Source: Patescibacteria group bacterium (GTDB lineage: Bacteria; Patescibacteriota; Microgenomatia; UBA1400; PJMF01). Taken from it: a stretch of 64,000 nt of DNA. How positions within the stretch are numbered: position 1 is the first letter of the stretch; each line of letters opens with the position of its first letter. Location of the stretch: NCBI GenBank assembly GCA_041747555.1, contig JBGTEY010000010.1, positions 2,958 through 66,957 on the forward strand, given 5' to 3'. Shown here piece after piece: positions 19,308-28,653 of this stretch. Both the position numbers and the translations under genes were made by a program. The notes beneath the pieces are model-generated. The model made no database searches. It was not told the origin of the DNA and worked only from the letters and a program-made list of their open reading frames with translations.

Positions 19308-19379
19308 GCGGTAAAGACATCATACCATTTGCGCGTAGGGAGATGGTATTTACGCAGATTTGTTGGTGAGGGCTGCTAT

Positions 19380-20126
19380 TTATCGTCCTCTAAACCGCTC
19401 ATTAACTTCATGATACAGGTCAAAATTACCTCCTGCATCAGTCCAAAAACCTTCAACAGGTCCATGGGTGAGTGTTCCAGCTTCTAGAAATGCTTTGTAC
19501 ATACTCTGTGCAGGCAATTCGCTTTCTGCTGGATAGAGTTTTTCTAGTAATTCAAAATGAGAATAAGGGAAGCAGACCATGCCTAATTCAATAAATCCGG
19601 GCTCATGGCGAGATTTGTCTTTTTCCATAACGGTGGTAACTGCACGATCCTCATTTGTTTCGAGCAAGCCATACCCTGCGGTGTCATCCATATGTGCAGT
19701 AATAATGAGGGCACCATCTGCTTGGGCATCATACTGCTCAACGGCTTCCACAATTCCATTTTCAATCAACACATCAGGAGCGACTACCACAATACGGTCA
19801 TCAGGATTGGCAATTTGCTTTGCTTGTTTGATAGCGTATGGCATTCCCCAGCTTTCTTCAGGGTGATATGCATAGCTAATCGAAACACCAAATTCACTTC
19901 CATCACCTAAATATCTCAAGTAGGCTGCTGCATCTCGACTATTTATAACAACTGCAATGTTGGTGATTCCTGCATTTTTGAGCAAATCGATGCCATGAGC
20001 GATCATTGGTTTGTCACCAACGGGAAGAAGTGGTTTGCCAACCACATGGGTAAGTGGTCTGAGACGAGTGCCGTGTCCGCCAGCAAGAATGATGCCGGTG
20101 TAGGAGTGTTTGAGGTTTGGGGTCAT
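19380..20126 (-). CDS. sugar-phosphate nucleotidyltransferase (RmlA/GalU superfamily)
   Basis: GIILAGGHGTRLRPLT...KPLLPVGDKPMI; YLGDGSEFGVSISY; WTDAG. Confidence 0.85.
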   Translation of the reverse strand: MTPNLKHSYTGIILAGGHGTRLRPLTHVVGKPLLPVGDKPMIAHGIDLLKNAGITNIAVVINSRDAAAYLRYLGDGSEFGVSISYAYHPEESWGMPYAIKQAKQIANPDDRIVVVAPDVLIENGIVEAVEQYDAQADGALIITAHMDDTAGYGLLETNEDRAVTTVMEKDKSRHEPGFIELGMVCFPYSHFELLEKLYPAESELPAQSMYKAFLEAGTLTHGPVEGFWTDAGGNFDLYHEVNERFRGR

Positions 20127-20154
20127 GATGATTCCTTTTGTATTTATCTTGATT

Positions 20155-21093
20155 CTACTCTATCTCATCTTCTTTATTCCAGTCAATTTGAGTGAAGAAA
20201 GTCATGGTTGCAACTGCAAGGAGACCTATGCCTGGTAAGACAATCTCATAATCTCTTTCGCCATTTTTTGCTAGCCACGCTTCAATCTTGGGTGGTTCTC
20301 CCACAAACACAAATCGGGTTTTTCTTCCTAATTCATGAGCTTTGTCAGCCATGGGAATGTCAGATGTGCTATCACCGAATGCAGTAACTTCTTCTGCATC
20401 AACGCCTTGAGTTTCTTTGAACCATTTGAGTGCGCGTTCCATGCCCAATTGCTTGCCAAGATCTTTGTGGTGTACAACCAGTGCAATTCCAGCGTCCAGA
20501 ATGATGAAATCATCGATGCCGCGAGATTTAAACATATCTTCAATTAAAATTTGAGCCTTTTTCTTTGCAGCCTCAGCTGGTTTTGATCCTCGCTTGACAA
20601 CAGACTCGTCAATTTGTGGTGCGTGATAGACTTGTTTTATTTCACCGACGAACATTGCAGGATCTGCAATTAAGAGCTCATCAATCTCTGCACGGATGTC
20701 GTCTGGGAGTGGCACCACGTTGTCTGCAATGGTTTGGACTTCATCACCATCTTCATTATAGGTAATTTGGAATGCGCCCATTTCTGCATATGCAACGATA
20801 TTTTGGAGCGCCTCCAGGTTTCCTGATGCTTGTAGGGAGCTCTTGATTGGTCTTAAGATGTGGTCAGTTATCCAAGCGACGTTTCTACCGGTATTAATCG
20901 CGATTGGTTGGCCAGCAATAAGTTGTTTAGTTAAAATGTCTAAAATTTCTGGCACCATGTCCAGATTATCATCAGTGAGTACTCCATCGGCGTCAAAAAC
21001 ATAGAAAGGTTTTGGGACTTGTTTTTCAGCTTGTGCATCGTCGACTTCAGGTGGTGTATATATTTCCATCCCTTCACTTGATATGAGACTCAT
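20155..21093 (-). CDS. HAD-IIB superfamily phosphatase/phosphomutase
   Basis: FDADGVLT (motif I), NTGR (II), K..G (III), FGDSTSD (IV). Confidence 0.85.
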   Translation of the reverse strand: MSLISSEGMEIYTPPEVDDAQAEKQVPKPFYVFDADGVLTDDNLDMVPEILDILTKQLIAGQPIAINTGRNVAWITDHILRPIKSSLQASGNLEALQNIVAYAEMGAFQITYNEDGDEVQTIADNVVPLPDDIRAEIDELLIADPAMFVGEIKQVYHAPQIDESVVKRGSKPAEAAKKKAQILIEDMFKSRGIDDFIILDAGIALVVHHKDLGKQLGMERALKWFKETQGVDAEEVTAFGDSTSDIPMADKAHELGRKTRFVFVGEPPKIEAWLAKNGERDYEIVLPGIGLLAVATMTFFTQIDWNKEDEIE

Positions 21094-21250
21094 AATTTCC
21101 TTATGTATTGATAGTATCGGTATTATAGTATACGTTAATAGTAATATTATATATCACTTAACCTAATTTAGGAATACCAATTATAAGTGGAGGACCAGAA
21201 GTAAAAGTTTGGTACAATTGGGGCACAATCGCAAGAAACTAGGAGCATGT

Positions 21251-21976
21251 ATGAACATTCAAAACGTTATCATTGAGAGTGTTGCAGGTTATTCTCTCCG
21301 AGCAACAATTCTCAAATCAGAAAATCACTCTGGCAAACGCCCCGCAATTCTCTGTATCCACGGCTGGACCAGCCAAATGGCACGGTATGAGTCTCGAGTG
21401 AAGCCTATGGTTGAAATGGGATTTACTGTGGTACTGTTTGATCTTCGCGGTCACGGTGAAACTGGCGGTACTCTGTCAGACTTTTCAATCAGCGACCACT
21501 TTGAGGATTGTAAAGCAGCATACGATTTCATGATTATGCTGGACCATATTGACACAGACAATATCTCACTCATAGGTTTAAGCTACGGTGGATATTTAGC
21601 AACGCTGCTGACTTCAGAACGAAAAGTGCATCACCTCATGCTGAGTGTCCCAGCGCTCTACACTGACGATATTTTTGACCTTCCTGACAAGCAAGTTGGT
21701 CCTCACACAACCGAGTATAGGAAGTATCCTCACACACCAGACGACAACAAGGCATTGGCAGCGTTACATGATTTTTCGGGAGATGTTTTTTTGTTAGAAG
21801 TTGAACACGATGAGTTTTTAAGCCCACAAGTTATGAAAAGTTACCGCGCAGCTGCACAACCTGGGGTTCAGTACACCATGATTGAAGGTGCTGATCATAA
21901 TATGAAAAATCCTGGCGTGAATGAGAAACGGATTCGAATTTGGTCGGAATGGTTTAAACAATTTGCTAAGGAGTAA
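21251..21976 (+). CDS. alpha/beta hydrolase
   Basis: HGW, FDLRGHGE, GLSYGG nucleophile elbow, D and GADH; AGGAG SD. Confidence 0.9.
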   Translation: MNIQNVIIESVAGYSLRATILKSENHSGKRPAILCIHGWTSQMARYESRVKPMVEMGFTVVLFDLRGHGETGGTLSDFSISDHFEDCKAAYDFMIMLDHIDTDNISLIGLSYGGYLATLLTSERKVHHLMLSVPALYTDDIFDLPDKQVGPHTTEYRKYPHTPDDNKALAALHDFSGDVFLLEVEHDEFLSPQVMKSYRAAAQPGVQYTMIEGADHNMKNPGVNEKRIRIWSEWFKQFAKE

Positions 21977-21998
21977 GAGATATGTTCAAATTGCAATT

Positions 21999-24758
21999 TT
22001 AATCGTTTATTTTTACTTCTTCAAATTGTAATTCTGCACCAATGGTTCGCTCATAGTACTCAATCATGACGGTGTGCTCACCCGCGGTCAGTTCTTGCTC
22101 CACTTCATAATACGTCGTTCCTTGATCTTTCCACTGATCAATGACGAGCTCGCCATCAACATACAGTCGAATTCCGTCATCGCCCCCGAGTGTGAATCGA
22201 TACGTTCCTGCTTCGTAAGTTTCTGTTTTAAGTGCCCTCAGTGAGAAATAATCATTGGAAACGAGCTGATGTGGTGATCCAAGGCCCCAGCTAAACGCAA
22301 TTTCGGGGTGAATATCTGCATAAATTGGTTCGCCGTTGAGGGTAATATTGTTAAAATACTCAACCAAAAAGTCACCGGAATCAACTATAACGGGCTCTTC
22401 TTCTATTGTCGGAGCAATAGTGAGCATGGCAGTAGCGCCATATTGTCGCTCGTAGTATTCCATTTTGATTACATGTGTACCAGCTTCGAGCTCCAGATCA
22501 ACGACATACGTAGTTTTGGGTTGATCTATCCATTTATCTATGACTAGTTCATCGTCAACGTATAGTCGCACGCCATCATCTGCAGAAACCATAAAGCTGT
22601 ATGTACCTGCGTCAAATTCTTGATTTTTAACCCAGCGAGCCGAGAAGTAATCCTTGGTTATGCTGGGATCTGGAGCGTCGAGTCCCCAGTCGTGTTGGAT
22701 TTCTGTTTCAAATCGTTCGAGCGCAGGCGTTCCCGTCAAACTCATGTTATTGAAGTACGTTGCAGTAAATTGATCAGTGGGAGTTGGAGGGTCTGTGGGT
22801 TCTGGTTCTTCTTCACCGGGATCAGTTTCATCAAGTGATGACCAATCGAGCGCAGCAAACGCACCGACTTGGTTCTCGTAATACTCCATGGTAATTGTGT
22901 GAACGCCATCGAGGTCTGCGTCATGCGTGTAGGTTGTTGGTCCTTGGTCAATCCACTTATCAATAACTGTTTCACCATCTATAAGTAGGCGTACACCATC
23001 ATCAGCGGTGACAGAGAAGCGATGTGATCCTGGCTCAAATGTGAACTGGCCTTGCCAGCGAGCAGAGAATCCATCGTTAGTAATTCCTGGCGCGGGTGAG
23101 CCGTATCCCCAATTGTTTTGAATTTCTGGATCAATACGGGTTACTGCTGGATCACCATTGAGTGACGTATTGTTAAAATATTCTGCTAAAAATCCAGCAT
23201 CGAGGGGAATATCTGTGGTTGGCACTTCTGGATCTTCATCGTCACCAGGAGGTGTGTCTGTGGTTTCAGACCAGCTCAATATGGCAGTCGAACCGACGTA
23301 GCGTTCATAATATTCCATTTTAATTTCATGTTCACCGCCAAGATCTCTGGTTGCGGTGTACGTTGTTGCACCTTGATCTTTCCACTGATCTATCACAAGT
23401 TCACCGTCTATATAGAGCCGGACTCCATCATCTGCAGTTACTGAAAATGTGTATGTCCCTGGGTCAAAGGAGAAATTTCCTGTCCAACGTGCGGAATAAA
23501 AGTCAGAGTTCACTGAGGCGTGAGGTGAAGCATACCCAAGTTCATAATTGATAGTATTTTCTTCTCGAGTAACGACTGGCACACCAGAGAGATCAATATT
23601 GTTGAAGTACTGAGCGGTAAAGACACTGGTAGCAGGTGGAACAGGATCGGGATCTGGTTCAGGACTTGGATCAGGGTCGGGTTCGCCGTCACCGGGATCT
23701 TCAGGAAGGGTTCCGCCGGTTACGGCAGTAATTGCCTCTGCCCATTTTTGGCCCATGGCGTCATAGCCTTCAGCCGTAGGATGATAATTGTCAGCTAAGT
23801 CTGCACTGGTCAAAACAGTGTGCATATCGACGTAATGAACCTTTTTGCCTTGGTCGCGTAAGTTCTGTACAACGCCAGGAATAGCTTGATTAAAAATCTC
23901 AACTTGTTGTTGCATGCTGGAATCTTGAATTGGAATCAGCGAAGCGACCAGAATATCAGTATCGGGCAATTCAGTAGTGATTGCTTGTATAAGGTTTGAA
24001 AGTCTGTTTGGTGCTTGAGCTAGATTGTAATTGAGGCGAATATCATTGGTTCCAGCAAGTAGCAATACTTGATCTGGCTGATGAACCTTGAGCCAAGGCA
24101 TCATGTTGGCATGAATTTCATCAATACGCCATCCGGGGTGTCCTTCATGGTCGCGATCAGTGAGTCCTGCAGGGCCATTTTGGAGTGTTCCGACTAGATT
24201 AATGTCTGGTAGAAGTGTTTTTAAGTTTGTTCGATAGCCACCAGGAACGTTATTGCCATGTGTATTTGAATCACCGAGCGGCATTATTCTTAAGCCAGTT
24301 GCAGAGTCTGGAGAAACTAGTTCCCAGCTCAACGCTGCAGTAGCACCACCACTTTTCTCATAGTATTCGAGAACAATAGTGTGTTCGCCTGAATCGAGAT
24401 CAATCATGGTTTGATTGAGTGTCGAACCTTGATCAACCCACCGATCAATCAATAGTTCACCATTCACCCAAAGCCTGACGCCATCATCAGAAAACGTAGA
24501 AAAAAGATATCTACCACTCTCTAGCTCAAAATCACCGGTCCATCGTGCAGAGAAGTTGTCATTATTGATAGAAGGATCAGGACTCCCGACTCCCCACTCA
24601 TTTTGAATGGTTGTCTCAATTCTGGTAAGGACGGGTTCACCCGTTAAAGTTGTGTTGTTGAAGTACTCAGCAGTGAAGTCATTTGCCGCGTGTACTTGAC
24701 CAGGTACAGTGAGGATTGTGACCGCCAAAAAAGATAGTACTGTATTTTTAAGTTTCAT
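21999..24758 (-). CDS. secreted protein with five PA14 domains and one SGNH/GDSL hydrolase domain
   Basis: Signal peptide; five (E/Q/T)YFNN...DDG(V/I)RL...EYYE repeats; GDS..G, GTND and DNYHP SGNH blocks. Confidence 0.9.
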   Translation of the reverse strand: MKLKNTVLSFLAVTILTVPGQVHAANDFTAEYFNNTTLTGEPVLTRIETTIQNEWGVGSPDPSINNDNFSARWTGDFELESGRYLFSTFSDDGVRLWVNGELLIDRWVDQGSTLNQTMIDLDSGEHTIVLEYYEKSGGATAALSWELVSPDSATGLRIMPLGDSNTHGNNVPGGYRTNLKTLLPDINLVGTLQNGPAGLTDRDHEGHPGWRIDEIHANMMPWLKVHQPDQVLLLAGTNDIRLNYNLAQAPNRLSNLIQAITTELPDTDILVASLIPIQDSSMQQQVEIFNQAIPGVVQNLRDQGKKVHYVDMHTVLTSADLADNYHPTAEGYDAMGQKWAEAITAVTGGTLPEDPGDGEPDPDPSPEPDPDPVPPATSVFTAQYFNNIDLSGVPVVTREENTINYELGYASPHASVNSDFYSARWTGNFSFDPGTYTFSVTADDGVRLYIDGELVIDQWKDQGATTYTATRDLGGEHEIKMEYYERYVGSTAILSWSETTDTPPGDDEDPEVPTTDIPLDAGFLAEYFNNTSLNGDPAVTRIDPEIQNNWGYGSPAPGITNDGFSARWQGQFTFEPGSHRFSVTADDGVRLLIDGETVIDKWIDQGPTTYTHDADLDGVHTITMEYYENQVGAFAALDWSSLDETDPGEEEPEPTDPPTPTDQFTATYFNNMSLTGTPALERFETEIQHDWGLDAPDPSITKDYFSARWVKNQEFDAGTYSFMVSADDGVRLYVDDELVIDKWIDQPKTTYVVDLELEAGTHVIKMEYYERQYGATAMLTIAPTIEEEPVIVDSGDFLVEYFNNITLNGEPIYADIHPEIAFSWGLGSPHQLVSNDYFSLRALKTETYEAGTYRFTLGGDDGIRLYVDGELVIDQWKDQGTTYYEVEQELTAGEHTVMIEYYERTIGAELQFEEVKIND

Positions 24759-24838
24759 ATGTTTGAGTGTATTACTAATTGTATCACGATCTCCTTACAT
24801 TTCATGTTAAAATACCAGATTGGAAAACTAAGTCCATC

Positions 24839-26299
24839 ATGAGTAACGAAACGATCATAAATTTCACCAACGTCACCTTTGAATACGGCTTTAACAAGCA
24901 GATTCTAGAGGAAGTTAATTTTACCGTACGCCGCGGCATGAAGGTAGCTCTGATGGGTCAAAATGGTGCGGGCAAAAGCACTATTTTTAAGCTCATCACT
25001 GGGGTTCTTACTCCCAAATTTGGTGCAGTTTCTGTTAAAAAAGACGCAACTGTGGCAACAGCGCATCAAGTTATCACTCCAGAAGAACGCGAACAGACAG
25101 TTGAGAAATTTTTTGACAATATCCTAAATGAAGAATCTCATATATTGCAAAAGAAAATGAGTGGGGCACTCAATGCAGTACAACTTGATGTGGAGAGCGA
25201 TAAAATTATTGATAAACTATCCGGCGGACAACAAGCTCGATTGCTACTCGCCGCAGCACTCATCCAAGAGCCAGATATTTTGCTGCTCGACGAGCCAACT
25301 AATAATCTCGATGCCGACGGCATTGCGCACTTGATGGTATTTTTGATGTCGTATCCCAAGACCGTGCTTGTTATTTCGCATGATGCAGATTTCTTAAATA
25401 CCTTTACTGATGGCGTGCTCTATTTAGATGGCCATACCAAAGTAGTCGAACAGTACATTGGCGACTACTACGACGTGGTTGAGCAAATTTCGGCCAGAAT
25501 TGAGAAAGAAAACAGTAAAAACGCCAGAATGGCCAAAGAAATTCAAGAAAATAAAGAAAAAATCAACTATTTTGCGCATAAAGGTGGAAAAATGCGCTTA
25601 GTTGCCAAAAAAATGAAAGAAAAAGTCGAAGCCTACGAGAGTGAAAAAATCGTCGTTAGAAAAGAAGATAAAACAATCCGCTCATTCACCATCCCCGTCC
25701 AAAAGGACATTCCAAGCACGGTCATGAAAATTGATTCATTTACGGTCTTGCAAAAAGGTGAAGAAGTTACCAAAACAGCACGCATTTTACTCGGAAAAAA
25801 CCAACACCTGCTCATCAAGGGCCCAAATGGTATCGGAAAAACTACGTTAATCGAATCACTCGCGCGCGGCACTGCGCCTGGAGCAGAAATTTCTCCAGGA
25901 GTGAATGTGGGGTACTATCGTCAGGATTTCTCAACGCTAAATTACGAGCACACGGTGCATGAATCACTGGTTGAGGCGATGCTCCTTGGTGATGGGAGCG
26001 GTTCTGAAGAATTGCTGCGATCGGTGGCAGCAGGATTTTTGATTGACAAACACATTATTTCTACAGAAATTTATGCACTCTCTGAAGGTCAAAAGGGTTT
26101 GGTGAGTTTTGCAAGATTGGTGCTCCAAAAACCAGGTCTTTTAATACTCGATGAGCCAACAAATCATATTAATTTCCGTCATTTGCCAATTATTGCCGAG
26201 GCGTTAGATGAGTATGGGGGAACAATGATTCTCGTCTCCCACGTTGATTCTTTCGTGGAAAAAATACGAATCGACACTGTGCTTGATTTAGCGCGCTAA
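24839..26299 (+). CDS. ABC-F family ATP-binding protein
   Basis: Two NBDs (GQNGAGKS/LSGGQ/LDEPTN; GPNGIGKT/LSEGQ/LDEPTNH), no TM domain. Confidence 0.9.
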   Translation: MSNETIINFTNVTFEYGFNKQILEEVNFTVRRGMKVALMGQNGAGKSTIFKLITGVLTPKFGAVSVKKDATVATAHQVITPEEREQTVEKFFDNILNEESHILQKKMSGALNAVQLDVESDKIIDKLSGGQQARLLLAAALIQEPDILLLDEPTNNLDADGIAHLMVFLMSYPKTVLVISHDADFLNTFTDGVLYLDGHTKVVEQYIGDYYDVVEQISARIEKENSKNARMAKEIQENKEKINYFAHKGGKMRLVAKKMKEKVEAYESEKIVVRKEDKTIRSFTIPVQKDIPSTVMKIDSFTVLQKGEEVTKTARILLGKNQHLLIKGPNGIGKTTLIESLARGTAPGAEISPGVNVGYYRQDFSTLNYEHTVHESLVEAMLLGDGSGSEELLRSVAAGFLIDKHIISTEIYALSEGQKGLVSFARLVLQKPGLLILDEPTNHINFRHLPIIAEALDEYGGTMILVSHVDSFVEKIRIDTVLDLAR

Positions 26300-26301
26300 A
26301 A

Positions 26302-26496
26302 TTACCTACTAGGTTTTCGTGGAATGTGAATTTTAACCGACCGTGTATTGCGTTGGTTGAAGCCTTGGTTTTGGGGGGAGAGTGCAGTTAATGCAGGATT
26401 CTTAGCAAATACTTGCTTAGCGGTTGGTGATTTTTTTCGTTTCTTTTTTGACAGGGTGGTCCTTTGGCTCGTGTGCTCTAAATTTAGTCTATACAT
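26302..26496 (-). CDS. possible small basic protein
   Basis: K/R-rich ORF (SKKKRKK...) filling an otherwise empty gap; start uncertain. Confidence 0.3.
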   Translation of the reverse strand: MYRLNLEHTSQRTTLSKKKRKKSPTAKQVFAKNPALTALSPQNQGFNQRNTRSVKIHIPRKPSR

Positions 26497-26590
26497 TCAT
26501 TATACAGGTATGGGTCAAATATGCATTTCAACTAGTCCAGTTTTCCAGAAATTGATACAATGAAGCTTAGACATTTTGAAAATCGCATCT

Positions 26591-27253
26591 ATGACCATCT
26601 CACAATTCATCCTTACTAAACTCCTCCCTAAGAAAATGCTCTTTATCCGCCTGATACAGATCACATATGGGCTAGGAATAACGGTTCTTATCACCACTAT
26701 TTTTCATCCAGATGGAAGAAAAATCTGGAGTGAACTAGGCACAAATTCAGGTAAAGCAGCAATCTTGGTGCTTGGTATCACCTTGCTTCCTGGCATGATC
26801 AAGCGGTTTCAGCTCAAGGGCGTGCTCACTGCAGCGCAAGTTTTTATTATGAGTATTCGTCGGGCGCTCGGCGTATTGGTATATTACTTGGTGGTTCTGC
26901 ACTTGATCTGGGTTAAAATTTTACCTGCGTTTCACTATGATCTCGATCTTTTAAGATATTCTAATTATGAGTTGATGGGCCTTATTGCTTTATTGCTTTT
27001 GACACCCATGGCACTGACGTCGAATGATTTTGCAGTCAGAAAACTGGGTAAACACTGGAAACGAATTCACAGCGCGGTATATGTAGTAATTTGGTTTATT
27101 TTCTTGCACGTCTTGCTGATGGAAGGGAGTGTGAAAATGATCCTGATTGCCGGTGTGCTTGGTACTCTAGAAATTGCATCCTGGATTGTGTTTTTTAGAA
27201 CACCTCAAAAAGCAGTTGCTCAACAGGAGACTCCGCAACAACCTCAGGGTTAA
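26591..27253 (+). CDS. ferric reductase-like transmembrane protein (MsrQ/YedZ-like)
   Basis: RRALGV..Y...LH, ALTSNDFAVRKLGKHWKRIH..VY, FLH. Confidence 0.85.
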   Translation: MTISQFILTKLLPKKMLFIRLIQITYGLGITVLITTIFHPDGRKIWSELGTNSGKAAILVLGITLLPGMIKRFQLKGVLTAAQVFIMSIRRALGVLVYYLVVLHLIWVKILPAFHYDLDLLRYSNYELMGLIALLLLTPMALTSNDFAVRKLGKHWKRIHSAVYVVIWFIFLHVLLMEGSVKMILIAGVLGTLEIASWIVFFRTPQKAVAQQETPQQPQG

Positions 27254-28461
27254 TCTACAAAACTAAGAGCAATTCCCGTTTTATCAGCCCGACCGGTTCT
27301 GCCGATACGATGGATATAGTCTTCGTATGATTCAGGAAGATCAAAATTAATCACGTGTGAAACGTTATCAATATCAAGTCCTCTTGAAGCAATATCAGTA
27401 GCCAGGAGCACATCAACATTGTTTTTCTTAAACGCAGTTAATGCGCGTTGACGCTGCTGTTGGCTCTTATTGCCATGGATTGCCGCAACTCTGATACCAC
27501 GATCTTGCAAGATTTGAGCGAGTTTATTAAGGCTGTGTTTGGTTCTTCCGAACACGAGTACTTTTTCAAACTCATCTCTCAAAAGTAGATCAGAAAGGAC
27601 GTCAATTTTTGATTGACCCTTCATTCTGACCACATCTTGGGTGATGTTGTCGGTGGTTGTTTCTCGTTTAATCTCAATTTGAACTGGATTTCTTAAGAAA
27701 CTAGCAACGATGCTGTCCATTTTTTTAGGAATGGTTGCAGAGAAGAAGAGTGACTGTCTCTGATCGGGAAGTCGTTCCACAACATATCTGATGTCGTGAA
27801 TAAAGCCCATATCGAGCATTTGGTCAACTTCATCAAGGACGATGGTTGTGAAATCATTGTATGAAAGGATTCCACGTTTGTGCAAATCAATCAAACGACC
27901 AGGAGTTCCAATCACAAAGTCAGGTTTTCGTCTGATTCCAGAAATTTGTCTATTGATTGGAACACCACCAATACACAGTGCTGAGTTCATCTGCATTTGA
28001 TGGGTGAATGAATCTAACTCATCTCTGATTTGAACTGCAAGCTCTCTAGTAGGGGCCATGACCAGCACGCGCTTTTCATCTTGTCTGTATGTTGTGTGAA
28101 TGAGTGGCAAAAGGAACGCGGCTGTTTTACCAGTACCTGTTCTTGCAACTCCAAGCATGTCTCTACCCTCGAGGAGCGGTTGAATTGCTTGATCTTGAAT
28201 TGCTGTTGGATTGGTATAGCCTTTATCTTGAATTGCTTTGAGCAACTGAGGATGAAAATTAAAATCTTCAAATGAATTTTCCGGTGAAAATACGGGAATA
28301 TCAGTTGGGGTTGCTGCTTTATTTATGAGCAGTGTTGGGTCAAAGGATGGGCGACTCTTGCCGCGTCTTCCACCACGAAATCCACCACCACCCCCGCCAC
28401 GAAAACGGTTGTTATTTGATTTATACGAATTATTGCCACGCGAATTATTGCGATATGCCAT
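27250..28461 (-). CDS. DEAD-box RNA helicase
   Basis: Q motif, TGTGKT, PTRELA, DEVD, SAT, HRIGRTGR; RG-rich N-terminus. Confidence 0.95.
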   Translation of the reverse strand: MAYRNNSRGNNSYKSNNNRFRGGGGGGFRGGRRGKSRPSFDPTLLINKAATPTDIPVFSPENSFEDFNFHPQLLKAIQDKGYTNPTAIQDQAIQPLLEGRDMLGVARTGTGKTAAFLLPLIHTTYRQDEKRVLVMAPTRELAVQIRDELDSFTHQMQMNSALCIGGVPINRQISGIRRKPDFVIGTPGRLIDLHKRGILSYNDFTTIVLDEVDQMLDMGFIHDIRYVVERLPDQRQSLFFSATIPKKMDSIVASFLRNPVQIEIKRETTTDNITQDVVRMKGQSKIDVLSDLLLRDEFEKVLVFGRTKHSLNKLAQILQDRGIRVAAIHGNKSQQQRQRALTAFKKNNVDVLLATDIASRGLDIDNVSHVINFDLPESYEDYIHRIGRTGRADKTGIALSFVD

Positions 28462-28653
28462 ATATACTTTCTTTTACTCAATGGGTAAAAGTCGTATATT
28501 TGAAAAATTCTTTAGGGGAAATTTAAAAATGTGTTGCTTGAACCGATTGGTTTTTAATTAGATGTGGATTATAGCACAAAATAAACTACCTGTATATACC
28601 ATAATCTAAATTATAGGATTTATATGAAAACGAGGATGATATTTTGCCAAAAG

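Noticed and set aside
289-19380. Classical integron cassette array
   Set aside because: Genes are in mixed orientations, no RYYYAAC...GTTRRRY attC hairpins were recognised and there is no integrase in the window
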